Positions 9,627-18,974 of a DNA stretch of 64,000 nucleotides are shown here, piece after piece. The translations under genes were made by a program, and so were the position numbers. The stretch comes from Myxococcota bacterium (GTDB lineage Bacteria; Myxococcota_A; UBA9160; UBA6930): the NCBI GenBank assembly GCA_965223415.1, contig OZ245002.1, forward strand, positions 1,792,001 through 1,856,000, read 5' to 3'. The stretch's first letter is position 1. Each line of letters starts with the position of its first letter. The notes below the pieces were generated by a model. It did no database searches. It had not been told where the DNA came from and saw only the letters and a list, made by a program, of their open reading frames with translations.

Positions 9627-10780
9627 TCATGGCAGAGGCCTACATCATCGACGCGATCCGAACACCCGTCGGCCGTCGGGGCGGCGGGCTCGCCCAGGTG
9701 CACTCGGCGGATCTCGGCGCCCACGTGATCAAGGGGCTGGTCGAGAGCAGCTGCGTCGACCCGAACGCGGTCGAGGACGTGATCTTCGGCTGCTGCGACA
9801 CGATCGGCCCCCAGGCCGGCGACATCGCGCGCACTTGCTGGCTCGCCGCGGGCCTGCCGGAGCACGTGCCCGGGGTGACGATCGACCGGCAGTGCGGCTC
9901 CTCCCAGCAGTCCGTGCACTTCGCGGCCCAGGGCGTGATGAGCGGGACCAGCGACCTGATCGTCGCCGGCGGCGTGCAGAACATGAGCGCCATCCCGATC
10001 TCGTCGGCCATGACCGTGGCCGAGCCGTTGGGCTTCGAGAACCCCTTCTCGGGCTCCGAGGGCTGGGAGGCGCGCTACGGGACGCAGGAGGTCTCCCAGT
10101 TCCGCGGTGCCGAGATGATTGCCGATAAGTGGGACATCTCCCGCGAAGACATGGAGCGCTTCGCCTACGAGAGCCACCGGCGGGCGATCGCGGCGATCGA
10201 CGCGGGGAAGTTCGCAGACGAGATCGCGCCGCTGGCAGGCGTGGAGCACGACGAGGGGCCGCGGCGCGATACCACCCTCGAGAAGATGGCGGGGCTCAAG
10301 CCGCTCATCGAAGGCGGCGAGCTCACCGCCGCCATGGCCAGCCAGATCAGCGACGGCGCCTCGGCCATGCTGATCGCGAGCGAGCGGGCGGTGAAGGACC
10401 ACGGGCTCACGCCCCGCGCGCGCATCCACCACATCAGCGTGCGCGCCGACGATCCCATCTACATGCTCACCGCACCGATCCCGGCGACGAAGCACGCGCT
10501 GGAAAAGACGGGCATGACGAAGGACGACATCGACCTCGTCGAGATCAACGAGGCCTTCGCCCCGGTCGTGCTGGCCTGGCAGAAGGAGACCGGCTGGGAT
10601 CTCTCGAAGGTGAACGTGAACGGCGGCGCGATCTCGCTGGGGCACCCGATCGGCGCCACCGGCACCCGCCTGATGACGACGCTGCTCCACGAGCTCGAGC
10701 GCACGGGCGGACGCTACGGCCTGCAGACCATGTGCGAGGGCGGCGGGCAGGCGAACGTCACCATCATCGAGCGAGCCTGA
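9623..10780 (+). CDS. fadA6: Acetyl-CoA acyltransferase (thiolase), FadA6-like; start may be 9629
   Basis: IDRQCGSSQQ, EINEAF, GHPIGATG, TMCEGGGQANVTIIER. Confidence 0.85.
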   Translation: MIMAEAYIIDAIRTPVGRRGGGLAQVHSADLGAHVIKGLVESSCVDPNAVEDVIFGCCDTIGPQAGDIARTCWLAAGLPEHVPGVTIDRQCGSSQQSVHFAAQGVMSGTSDLIVAGGVQNMSAIPISSAMTVAEPLGFENPFSGSEGWEARYGTQEVSQFRGAEMIADKWDISREDMERFAYESHRRAIAAIDAGKFADEIAPLAGVEHDEGPRRDTTLEKMAGLKPLIEGGELTAAMASQISDGASAMLIASERAVKDHGLTPRARIHHISVRADDPIYMLTAPIPATKHALEKTGMTKDDIDLVEINEAFAPVVLAWQKETGWDLSKVNVNGGAISLGHPIGATGTRLMTTLLHELERTGGRYGLQTMCEGGGQANVTIIERA

Positions 10781-10789
10781 GGAGAGGGA

Positions 10790-11692
10790 ATGGGAATCTG
10801 CGACGGAAGGGTCGTCATCGTCACCGGGGCGGCCCGCGGCATCGGCCGCGAGCACGCGCTGGCCTTCGCCAGAGAGGGCGCGAAGGTCGTCGTGAACGAC
10901 CTCGGAGTGGAGCTCGACGGCACCGGGGGCGGCTCCGGCCCGGCCGGCGAGGTGGTCACCCAGATTCGCGACGAGGGCGGCGAAGCCGTCGCCAACGGCG
11001 CCGACGTGGCCGACTGGGCCCAGACCGGCGAGGCGGTGAAGCAGACCCTCGAGGCCTTCGGCCGCCTCGACGTGGTCGTGAACAACGCCGGCTTCGTGCG
11101 CGACCGCATGTTCGTCTCCTGCAGCGAGGAGGAGTGGGACGCGGTGGTGAAGGTGCACCTGAAGGGCCACTTCTGCCTGGCGCGCCACGCTGCGGAGCTG
11201 TGGCGGAACGAGTCGAAAGCGGGCAACCCGGTCGACGCGCGCATCATCAACACCAGCAGCGGCGCCGGCCTTCAGGGCTCGATCGGCCAGAGCTCCTACT
11301 CGGCAGCGAAGGCCGGCATCGCGACGCTCACCCTCATCCAGGCCGCCGAGCTCGGTCGCTACGGCATCACCGCCAACGCCATCGCTCCCTCGGCGCGCAC
11401 GCGCATGACCGAAGGCCCGTTCGCCGAGATGATGGCCAAGCCCGAAGAGGGATTCGACGCCATGGACCCGGCCAACGTCTCGCCGCTCGTGGTGTGGCTG
11501 GGCAGCGCCGAGTCGAAGGACGTCACCGGGCAAGTCTTCGAGATCGCCGGTGGCGAGCTCAGCGCCGCCGACGGCTGGCGCACGGGCGAAAAGATCGACC
11601 GCGGCGCCCGCTGGGCCCCGGACGAGATCGGCGCCGCGGTCCACGACCTCCTCGCCAAGGCCCCGCCGGCGCAGAAGGTCTACGGCACCTAG
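10790..11692 (+). CDS. SDR oxidoreductase (Rv3548c-like)
   Basis: TGAARGIG, VVVNDLGVELDG, NNAGFVRDRM, YSAAK. Confidence 0.88.
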   Translation: MGICDGRVVIVTGAARGIGREHALAFAREGAKVVVNDLGVELDGTGGGSGPAGEVVTQIRDEGGEAVANGADVADWAQTGEAVKQTLEAFGRLDVVVNNAGFVRDRMFVSCSEEEWDAVVKVHLKGHFCLARHAAELWRNESKAGNPVDARIINTSSGAGLQGSIGQSSYSAAKAGIATLTLIQAAELGRYGITANAIAPSARTRMTEGPFAEMMAKPEEGFDAMDPANVSPLVVWLGSAESKDVTGQVFEIAGGELSAADGWRTGEKIDRGARWAPDEIGAAVHDLLAKAPPAQKVYGT

Positions 11693-12826
11693 ATGGACTT
11701 CCGTTTCACGGAAGTCCAGGAGGAGCTCCGGGAGATGGCCCGGGCGTTCCTTTCCGAGGTGTCGGGCTCCGAGCAGGTGCGGGCCGCGATGACGAGCGAG
11801 CTCGGCTACGACCCGGAGGTGTGGAAGCGTGTCGGCGCCGAGCTGGGCTGGCCGGCCGTCACCATCCCGGAGGCCTACGGCGGCCTCGGCCTCGGCGAGG
11901 TCGAGCTGGTGGCGCTGATGGAGACAATGGGAGAGGCGGTCTTCTGCGCACCCTTCTTCGCCAGCGTCGCGCTCGGCGCGAATGCGATCCTGGCAGCCGG
12001 GAGCGAGGCGCAGAAGCAGGCGCTCCTGCCCGACCTGGCCGAGGGGGTCTCGACCGCGACACTCGCCCTCGCCGAGGGAGGCGGTGGCTGGGCAGCCGAG
12101 GACGTCGGCGCGACCTTCCGGCCCGATGGCGACGAGCTGGTGCTCTCCGGCACGAAGCGGCACGTCGTGGACGGCCACTCGGCAGATCTCGTCGTCGTGG
12201 CCGTTCGGGAGGAGGGCTCGGCCAGCCGGGACGGCGTGTCCCTCGTTGCGCTGCCCGGCGACACGCCCGGGCTCGAGCGCCGTGCCCTCCCCACCCTCGA
12301 CCAGACCCGGCGCCTCGCCGAGATCCGCCTGGACGGCGTGAGGGTGCCGGCCGCCGCCCGGCTCGATGCCGGCGACGCCGACGCCCTGGGCGCCATCCTC
12401 CAGCGCGCCGCCGTCGCACTCGCCGCCGAGCAGGTGGGCGGCGCCCAACGCTGCCTCGAGATGGCCGTCGCCTACTCGAAGGAGCGCGTGCAGTACGGCC
12501 GACCGATCGGCGCCTTCCAGGCGATCAAGCACAAGTGCGCCGACATGATGGTGAAGATCGAGTCGGCCCGGTCCGCCGTCTACTACGCGGCCTGCGTCGC
12601 CGCCGAGGGCGGCGAGGCGCTGCCCCTGGCCGCATCGATGGCGAAGGCCGCCGCCTCGGACGCCTACTTCTTCGCCGCCGGCACCACGCTCCAGATCTTC
12701 GGCGGCGTCGGCTTCACCTGGGAGTACGACGTCCACCTCTACTTCAAGCGCGCCCGCTCGAGCGCGAGCCTGCTGGGCGACGCCGCCCACCACCGCGAGC
12801 TCGTCGCCCGGGCCATCGGGCTCTAG
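11693..12826 (+). CDS. Acyl-CoA dehydrogenase (possibly the FadE33 counterpart)
   Basis: RVQYGRPIGAFQAIKH, QIFGGVGFTWEYDVHLYFKRA. Confidence 0.85.
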   Translation: MDFRFTEVQEELREMARAFLSEVSGSEQVRAAMTSELGYDPEVWKRVGAELGWPAVTIPEAYGGLGLGEVELVALMETMGEAVFCAPFFASVALGANAILAAGSEAQKQALLPDLAEGVSTATLALAEGGGGWAAEDVGATFRPDGDELVLSGTKRHVVDGHSADLVVVAVREEGSASRDGVSLVALPGDTPGLERRALPTLDQTRRLAEIRLDGVRVPAAARLDAGDADALGAILQRAAVALAAEQVGGAQRCLEMAVAYSKERVQYGRPIGAFQAIKHKCADMMVKIESARSAVYYAACVAAEGGEALPLAASMAKAAASDAYFFAAGTTLQIFGGVGFTWEYDVHLYFKRARSSASLLGDAAHHRELVARAIGL

Positions 12827-12834
12827 GAGCCGAC

Positions 12835-13605
12835 GTGGCACTCGAGATCGACCTCGCCGGCCGGGTCGCCATCGTGACGGGAGGCGGTCGGGGCGTGGGC
12901 CTGGGCATCACCCGCCGCTTCCTCGAAGCCGGTGCCGACGTGGTGATCTGCGGCCGCAACGAGCCGGAGGCCATGCCGGCGGGCGGCGGCCGCGAAGCCC
13001 TCTTCGTCGCCACCGACGTGCGCGACGTCGACGCCATCGGCGCCGTCGTCGAGGCGACCCGGGCCCGCTTCGGCCGCCTCGACGCCCTCGTGAACAACGC
13101 CGGCGGCGCCCCCTACGCCGACGCGGCCGACGCCTCCCCCCGCTTCCACGAGAAGATCCTCGCCCTCAACCTCACCGCCCCGCTCCACTTCGCCCAGAAG
13201 GCCAACGCGGTGATGCAGGAGCAGGAGGAAGGCGGCTCGATCGTCATGATCACCAGTGTGTCCGGCATGCGCCCCTCGCCGGGCACCGCCGCCTACGGCG
13301 CGGCCAAGGCCGGCCTCATCTCCCTTGCCCAGAGCCTCGCCGTCGAGTGGGCGCCCAGGGTGAGAGTCAACGCCGTCGCCGCCGGCATGGTGCGCACGGA
13401 GCAGGCCCACCTCCACTACGGCGACGAAGCAGGGATCGCCCGGGTCGGCGCGACCGTTCCGCTCGGGCGCCTGGCCCAGCCCGAGGAGATCGGCGACGCC
13501 TGCGTCTACCTGGCCTCCCCGCTCGCCAGCTACGTGACCGGCGCGAACCTGCTGATCCACGGCGGCGGGGAAGCGCCGGCGTTCCTGGACGCGGCGCAGG
13601 ACTGA
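12835..13605 (+). CDS. SDR oxidoreductase (Rv3549c-like)
   Basis: GTG start after AGGAG; TGGGRGVG, NNAGGAPY, YGAAK, HGGGEAP. Confidence 0.88.
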   Translation: MALEIDLAGRVAIVTGGGRGVGLGITRRFLEAGADVVICGRNEPEAMPAGGGREALFVATDVRDVDAIGAVVEATRARFGRLDALVNNAGGAPYADAADASPRFHEKILALNLTAPLHFAQKANAVMQEQEEGGSIVMITSVSGMRPSPGTAAYGAAKAGLISLAQSLAVEWAPRVRVNAVAAGMVRTEQAHLHYGDEAGIARVGATVPLGRLAQPEEIGDACVYLASPLASYVTGANLLIHGGGEAPAFLDAAQD

Positions 13606-13618
13606 GGCCGGCGGCCGG

Positions 13619-14353
13619 TCAGCGCCCCGAATCGATCCAAGCGACGGCTTGTTTGAGCTCGTCGGGCGCCGTTCGCTCCCAGCTCCGCAGGGCCGCGGCC
13701 AGCGACTTCGCCATGATGGAGCGAGCCTCCCCCGACTCGCCGTTCTCGATGGCGCGGATGACCCGCTGGTAGCTGCGGAGGGCCGACCGGCGCTGCTTCT
13801 CCTCCCACGGGGCGCTGGATTCCCCCGACATGCGATGCAGCGCTTCCACGAGGATCGCGAGTACCCGATTGCCCGACGCGGTGGCGATCAGGTTCATGAA
13901 GCGCCGGGCTTCCTCCCGGAAGAGGTCCGGGTCGTGCGCTCCTGCGTGCATCCGGGCGGCGCTCTCGTGGAGGGTCGCGACGTCCTCGCTGCTCGCGTTC
14001 GCAGCGGCCTCCGCCGCCAGGACCGGATAGATCGAGCAACGGACCTCCACGACGGAGCGGAACGAGGCATCGGCGAACTGAAGGTGGAGCGAGAGCACGC
14101 TCGCCAGGTGATCGGCTCCGGGGGTGCTGACGACCGGGCCTCCGCCGAGGCCGGCCTTGATGCGAAGCGCCCCCTGGAGCTCGAGGAACCGCAGGGCCTC
14201 GCGCACCGTGCCGCGCGCCACGCCGAGCTCCTCGACCATCCGGTGCTCGGCGGCGAGCTGCGTGCCGGGGCGAAGGCGCCGGCGCCGGATCTCGTTCACG
14301 AGCTTGCGGGCGATGCGGACGGCCGCGCGTTCGGGAGCTCGTCTTCGACTCAT
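13619..14353 (-). CDS. GntR/FadR family transcriptional regulator
   Basis: wHTH LRPGTQLAAE...LGVARGTVREALRFLE plus FCD-like C-terminus (ATASGNRVL). Confidence 0.9.
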   Translation of the reverse strand: MSRRRAPERAAVRIARKLVNEIRRRRLRPGTQLAAEHRMVEELGVARGTVREALRFLELQGALRIKAGLGGGPVVSTPGADHLASVLSLHLQFADASFRSVVEVRCSIYPVLAAEAAANASSEDVATLHESAARMHAGAHDPDLFREEARRFMNLIATASGNRVLAILVEALHRMSGESSAPWEEKQRRSALRSYQRVIRAIENGESGEARSIMAKSLAAALRSWERTAPDELKQAVAWIDSGR

Positions 14354-14372
14354 CCTGCCGCGGCCCTTCTCA

Positions 14373-15182
14373 CTAGCGTCCCCTGAACACGGGCTTGCGC
14401 TTCTCGAAGATCCCCCGCACGGCTTCGCGGCCGTCCTCGCTGGTCAGCGCTTCCCTCGCCAGGGAGAGCTCCTCGCGGAGGTGATCCTCGAGGCCAGCCA
14501 GGAGGCCGGCCCGGGTCACCAGGCGCTTGGTCTGTCGGGCCGCGATCGGAGCGACCTCGGCGATCTTGCGGCAGGTCGCGAGGAAGGCCTCCTCGAAGTC
14601 CTCGGCGGCGGCGACCTCGCCGACCAGTCCGAGGGCGAGGGCCGAATCGGCGTCCATCATCTGCGGATCGAGCAGGAATCGCATCGCACGCTCGTGGCCA
14701 ATCGCCTGGGGCAGGGTCCAGGAGAGGCCGCAATCCGGTGAGGTTCCCGCCCGCGCATAGCCGGGGTGGAAACGCGCCTTCGTGCTGGCGACGCGCATGT
14801 CCGCGCACATCGCGAGGGCGAGGCCGGCACCGATCGCGATGCCGTTGATGCCGGCGATGACGGGCTTCTCGCAGTCGACCCGGATGCCCGACACCAGACG
14901 GACCACCTGGTCCTCGGTGCTCGGCCGAGTGCCCCGGGCTTCGCCCGGCGGCCTGCGCTCCTTCAGGTCGGCGCCGGAGCAGAAAGCGTCACCGGCGCCG
15001 GTGATGCCGACCACGCGGACGTCGTCGTCCGCGGCCGCCGCCCGGACGCCCGCGATCAGCGCCTGCACCAGATCGCCCGAGAGCGCGTTCTTCTTGGCGG
15101 GACGGTTCAGGGTCACGACCCGGACACCGTCGGTGGTCTCCTCTCGGAGCACGGGCTCCTGGCTCGCCGTGGAATCGCTCAT
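14373..15182 (-). CDS. Enoyl-CoA hydratase/isomerase family protein
   Basis: LNRPAKKNAL, AFCSGADL, INGIAIGAG, PDCG. Confidence 0.9.
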   Translation of the reverse strand: MSDSTASQEPVLREETTDGVRVVTLNRPAKKNALSGDLVQALIAGVRAAAADDDVRVVGITGAGDAFCSGADLKERRPPGEARGTRPSTEDQVVRLVSGIRVDCEKPVIAGINGIAIGAGLALAMCADMRVASTKARFHPGYARAGTSPDCGLSWTLPQAIGHERAMRFLLDPQMMDADSALALGLVGEVAAAEDFEEAFLATCRKIAEVAPIAARQTKRLVTRAGLLAGLEDHLREELSLAREALTSEDGREAVRGIFEKRKPVFRGR

Positions 15183-16445
15183 CTAGGCCGCCTCGCTCAA
15201 TCGGTAGCGAATGGGGAGCTTCTTCAAGCCCACGACGAAGCTCGACGCGATCTGGGCGGGATCGTTGGCGAGCTCCAGGACCTCGACCCGGCGGATCAGC
15301 TCCTGGAGCAGGGCGCGCTGCGACTGACGGGCGAGGTGGGTGCCCAGGCAGAAGTGCTCGCCGATCCCGAACCCCAGGTGCGGGTTCGGATCCCGGTCGA
15401 CCCGGAAGGCGTAGGGATCCTCGAAGACGGTCTCGTCGCGGTTCGCCGAGGCGTAGAAGAGGACGAGGTTCTCCCCCTTGCGGAGCTTCTGTCCCCGGAA
15501 CTCGAGATCCTCCGCCACGACCCGTTTCATGTAGTTGACGGGCGAGGTCCAGCGCACGATCTCCTCCACCGCGCTCGCCACGAGATCGGGGTTCCGCTTG
15601 AGCTTCTCGTACTCGGCCGGGTGCTGGGCCAGGGCATGGATGCCGCCGGCCAGGGCGTTCTTCGTGGTGTCGTGCCCCGCCGTGAAGGTGATCAGGTAGT
15701 AGCCGAGGGTCTCCATCATCCCCATCGGCTCGCCGTCGACCTTCGCGTTGGCGAGCAGGCTCGCCAGGTCGCCCTTCGGATTCGCGCGGCGATCCTCGAT
15801 GATCCCGTTGAAGAGCTGGAAGAACTCCATCGCCAGGGCCCGCACCGCAGCGCTGCGATCCTCGCCCTTGCGCTGCAGGTCGGGATCGTCGGAAGCGAAG
15901 AGCTCGTTGGTGAGCCGGAGCAGCTGGGGCTCCTTCTCGCGCGGCACCCCGAGAATCGTGGAGAGGACGCGCAGTGGGTGGGCGGCGGCGACCTCGTTCG
16001 CGAACTCGCACTCGCCCTCCCCGCCGCGGGTGCGCTCGACCAGCGCGTCCACCAGGCTGCGAGCGCTCTCCTCGACGATCGGGGCGACGCTCTCGATCGC
16101 CCGCGGGGTGAACCAGGGGGCAGCGACCTTGCGGTAGTCGCGGTGCTCGGGCGGATCCATCCCGATGATGGAGCGCATCCGGCCGACGCCCTGGTCCGCC
16201 TCGATGATCTTCCGCTGCTCCTGGCTCTCGAGCACGATGCCGAAGCGGTTCAGGAAGCGATCGGGCTGCTTCGAGACCTCGCAGATCTGATCGTGGCGCA
16301 CGACGGGATAGAAGGCGTCGAACCCCTCGGGCGCGCAGTGGTGCAGCCGATCCAGCCGGCGCAACGCGCGCCACTGCTCGTGGGGGATGCCGCGCTCGCC
16401 GTAGGCTTGGGGCGCGATCAGGTCGAATCCATCGATATCGGTCAT
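15183..16445 (-). CDS. Cytochrome P450
   Basis: AGHDTT I-helix, EEIVR (ExxR), SANRDE, FGIGEHFCLG haem motif. Confidence 0.95.
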   Translation of the reverse strand: MTDIDGFDLIAPQAYGERGIPHEQWRALRRLDRLHHCAPEGFDAFYPVVRHDQICEVSKQPDRFLNRFGIVLESQEQRKIIEADQGVGRMRSIIGMDPPEHRDYRKVAAPWFTPRAIESVAPIVEESARSLVDALVERTRGGEGECEFANEVAAAHPLRVLSTILGVPREKEPQLLRLTNELFASDDPDLQRKGEDRSAAVRALAMEFFQLFNGIIEDRRANPKGDLASLLANAKVDGEPMGMMETLGYYLITFTAGHDTTKNALAGGIHALAQHPAEYEKLKRNPDLVASAVEEIVRWTSPVNYMKRVVAEDLEFRGQKLRKGENLVLFYASANRDETVFEDPYAFRVDRDPNPHLGFGIGEHFCLGTHLARQSQRALLQELIRRVEVLELANDPAQIASSFVVGLKKLPIRYRLSEAA

Positions 16446-16529
16446 TGTCTCGTCTCCAGGCCAGAAGTAGTATCATGGTTTGGCGTCCGTTGCCCTCCGT
16501 CCGCCTGCGGCGATGGGAGTCTGGTCAGG

Positions 16530-18974
16530 GTGCTGAGCCCCTTCCGTGTGCTGGATCTCTCCGACGAGCGGGGGATCCTATGCGGCTTCGTGCTCGGAGA
16601 GCTCGGGGCCGACGTCGTGTGCGTCGAGCCGCCCAGCGGATCGCGCGCGCGGCAGCAGGGACCGTTCGCGGGAGCCGTGCCCGACCCCGAGCGCTCGCTC
16701 TTCTGGTGGGCCTACGCACGCGGCAAGCGCAGCGTCGTCCTCGATCCCGGGGCCCCGGCCGACCGCGACGCCCTGCTCCGCCTCGTCGACGGCGCCGACG
16801 TGCTGGTGGAGTCGCGCACGCCGGGGGAGATGGAGCGGCTCGGCCTCGGCTTCGAGGAGCTCGCGCGCCGGAACCCCGGGCTCGTCTACGTGTCGGTGAC
16901 GCCCTTCGGGCAGACCGGCCCCAAGGCGCACTGGGCAGCGAGCGACCTCACGGTCTTCGCGGCCTCCGGAGCGCTCTGGCTCATGGGCGACGAGGATCGT
17001 CCGCCGGTGCGGATCTCGGTCCCGCAGGCCTTCCTCCACGCGGCAGCCGAGGCGGCCGCGGCGGCGTTGGTGGCCCTCCACGAGCGGAGGCGATCCGGTC
17101 GGGGTCAGCACGTGGACGTGTCCGCCCAGCAGGCCGTCGCGCTCGCGACCCAGTCCGACATCGTCTCGGCGGCGCTCCGCTCGGCAGGCGGCGCACGGAC
17201 CGCCGGGGGCGGGAAGATCGGCGAGCTCACGCTCCGCTTCCGCTACCCCGCGCGGGACGGACACGTGTCGATCACGCACCTGTTCGGTCGCGCGTTCGGT
17301 CCCGCATCCGCCCGCCTGATGGAAGCGGTGTGCGACGACGGATTCTGTGACGAGGCGCTGCGCGACAAGGATTGGATCGCGATCGCGTCGCTGATCGCGA
17401 AGGGCGCCGAGCCGGTGGCGACCCACGATCGGGCCAAGGAGGCTATCGCCGCCTGGACCGCGTCGAAGACGAAGGCGGAGCTGCTCGAGATCGCGATGAA
17501 GCGCCGGCTTCTGGTCGCTCCGGCGTGGACCCTGCGGGACGTCGCCTCGAACGATCAGCTCGCCGATCGGAGCTACTTCCAGCCGCTCGAGCGGCCCGGC
17601 GGCGGGAAAGAGGCGCGGCAGCTCGGCCCATTCGTGCGCGGGACGGATCGCGCGCCGCGACCCGCTGACCGCGCCCCCCGGCTCGGTGAGCACACGACGG
17701 AGTTGCTCGGCGAATCCCGCGCGACCGTCGCCGCGGTTCCTGCTCCCGCCCGGTCGAAGGAAGACCCGGACCTTCCTCTGGCGGACGTCAAGATCCTCGA
17801 CTTCATGTGGGCCCTCGCCGGGCCCGCGGGCACGCGCATGCTGGCCGACTACGGCGCCGAGGTCGTGCGCGTCGAGTCGGGCTCGAAGCAGGACCCGATT
17901 CGCGGCGGGCGCCCCTTCGTCGACCGCCAGTTCGGGCTGGAGACCGGCGCGCTGTTCCACGGCGCGAATGCGGGCAAGCGGATGCTGGGGCTGGACCTCA
18001 CCCGGTCGGAGGCGCGCGAGGTGGTGCTCGACCTGGTCCGCTGGGCCGACGTCGTGTGCGAGTCCTTCACCCCGGGAACCCTGGCCCGCCTGGGCTTCGG
18101 GTACGACGCCCTGCGCGAGGTGAACCCAGCCCTGGTGATGCTCAGCACCTCCCTCATGGGCCAGACCGGTCCGCTCGCGACCTTCTCCGGCTATGGGAAC
18201 CTGTCCGCCGCGATCGTCGGCTTTCACGAGATGACGGGCTGGCCCGACCGGGAGGCGTCCGGACCCTACGGAGCGTACACGGACTACGTGACGCCGAAGT
18301 TCGTGGCGTCGGCCCTCCTGGCCGCCCTCGACCAGCGCGATCGGACCGGAGAGGGGGCACACCTGGATCTCTCCCAGGCCGAGGCGTCGCTCCACTTCCT
18401 CGCTCCCGCCATGCTCGACACCCTCGTGAACGGTGGGGACCCGACGCGCAAGGGAAACGGCGACGACTGCTTCGCGCCCCATGGCTGCTACCCGGTGACG
18501 GGAAACGACCGCTGGATCGCGATCGCCGTCGAGAACGACCGCGGCTTCCGGGACCTGTGTCGAGCCCTCGGCCGGGAGGTCCTCGCCGGCGACCCGCGCT
18601 TCGCGACCGCGGGCGACCGGCGGCGGAATGCGGGGGCCCTGGACACCGCCGTCGGCGAGCTCACCCGTGGGCACGAAGGCTCGGAGCTCGAGGCGCGGCT
18701 CCAGGAGAAGGGGATCGCGTGCCACACGGTGCAGGACAGCCCCGCCGCCTGCGCCGACCCGCAGCTCCAGGCGCGCGGGCACTTCGTGCGGCTCGAGTCC
18801 GGGGAGGCCTACACGATCGTCGAGGACACGCGCTCCAGGCTGTCGCGCACGCCGGCGCGCGTGCGACGCGGGGTGCCGACCCTGGGCCGCGACAACTGGG
18901 AGATCCTGACCGGGATCCTGGGCTACGACGAGGCCCGGGTCGCCGGGCTCGCCGCGGCGGGGGTGCTCGAATGA
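16530..18974 (+). CDS. Fused tandem CaiB/BaiF (class III) CoA-transferase
   Basis: Two CaiB repeats: RVLDLS...LGADVVCVEPP and VKILDFMWALAGP...YGAEVVRVES; GTG start inferred. Confidence 0.88.
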   Translation: MLSPFRVLDLSDERGILCGFVLGELGADVVCVEPPSGSRARQQGPFAGAVPDPERSLFWWAYARGKRSVVLDPGAPADRDALLRLVDGADVLVESRTPGEMERLGLGFEELARRNPGLVYVSVTPFGQTGPKAHWAASDLTVFAASGALWLMGDEDRPPVRISVPQAFLHAAAEAAAAALVALHERRRSGRGQHVDVSAQQAVALATQSDIVSAALRSAGGARTAGGGKIGELTLRFRYPARDGHVSITHLFGRAFGPASARLMEAVCDDGFCDEALRDKDWIAIASLIAKGAEPVATHDRAKEAIAAWTASKTKAELLEIAMKRRLLVAPAWTLRDVASNDQLADRSYFQPLERPGGGKEARQLGPFVRGTDRAPRPADRAPRLGEHTTELLGESRATVAAVPAPARSKEDPDLPLADVKILDFMWALAGPAGTRMLADYGAEVVRVESGSKQDPIRGGRPFVDRQFGLETGALFHGANAGKRMLGLDLTRSEAREVVLDLVRWADVVCESFTPGTLARLGFGYDALREVNPALVMLSTSLMGQTGPLATFSGYGNLSAAIVGFHEMTGWPDREASGPYGAYTDYVTPKFVASALLAALDQRDRTGEGAHLDLSQAEASLHFLAPAMLDTLVNGGDPTRKGNGDDCFAPHGCYPVTGNDRWIAIAVENDRGFRDLCRALGREVLAGDPRFATAGDRRRNAGALDTAVGELTRGHEGSELEARLQEKGIACHTVQDSPAACADPQLQARGHFVRLESGEAYTIVEDTRSRLSRTPARVRRGVPTLGRDNWEILTGILGYDEARVAGLAAAGVLE

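Noticed and set aside
10129..12834. Upstream part of 1158-aa ORF
   Set aside because: Arg/Gly-rich off-frame read-through; the real SDR starts at 12835 after an RBS
9542..12841. 1099-aa minus-strand ORF
   Set aside because: Antisense shadow of fadA6, SDR and ACAD genes caused by high-GC codon bias; no motifs
15183..16445. Naming the P450 as CYP125/CYP142
   Set aside because: Family cannot be resolved by eye
14766..16529. Apparent N-terminal extension making a 1402-aa protein
   Set aside because: Overlaps ECH and P450 on the opposite strand; CaiB similarity starts about 16530
16446..16529. GntR operator in the P450/CaiB divergent gap
   Set aside because: AT-richer patch but no convincing palindrome
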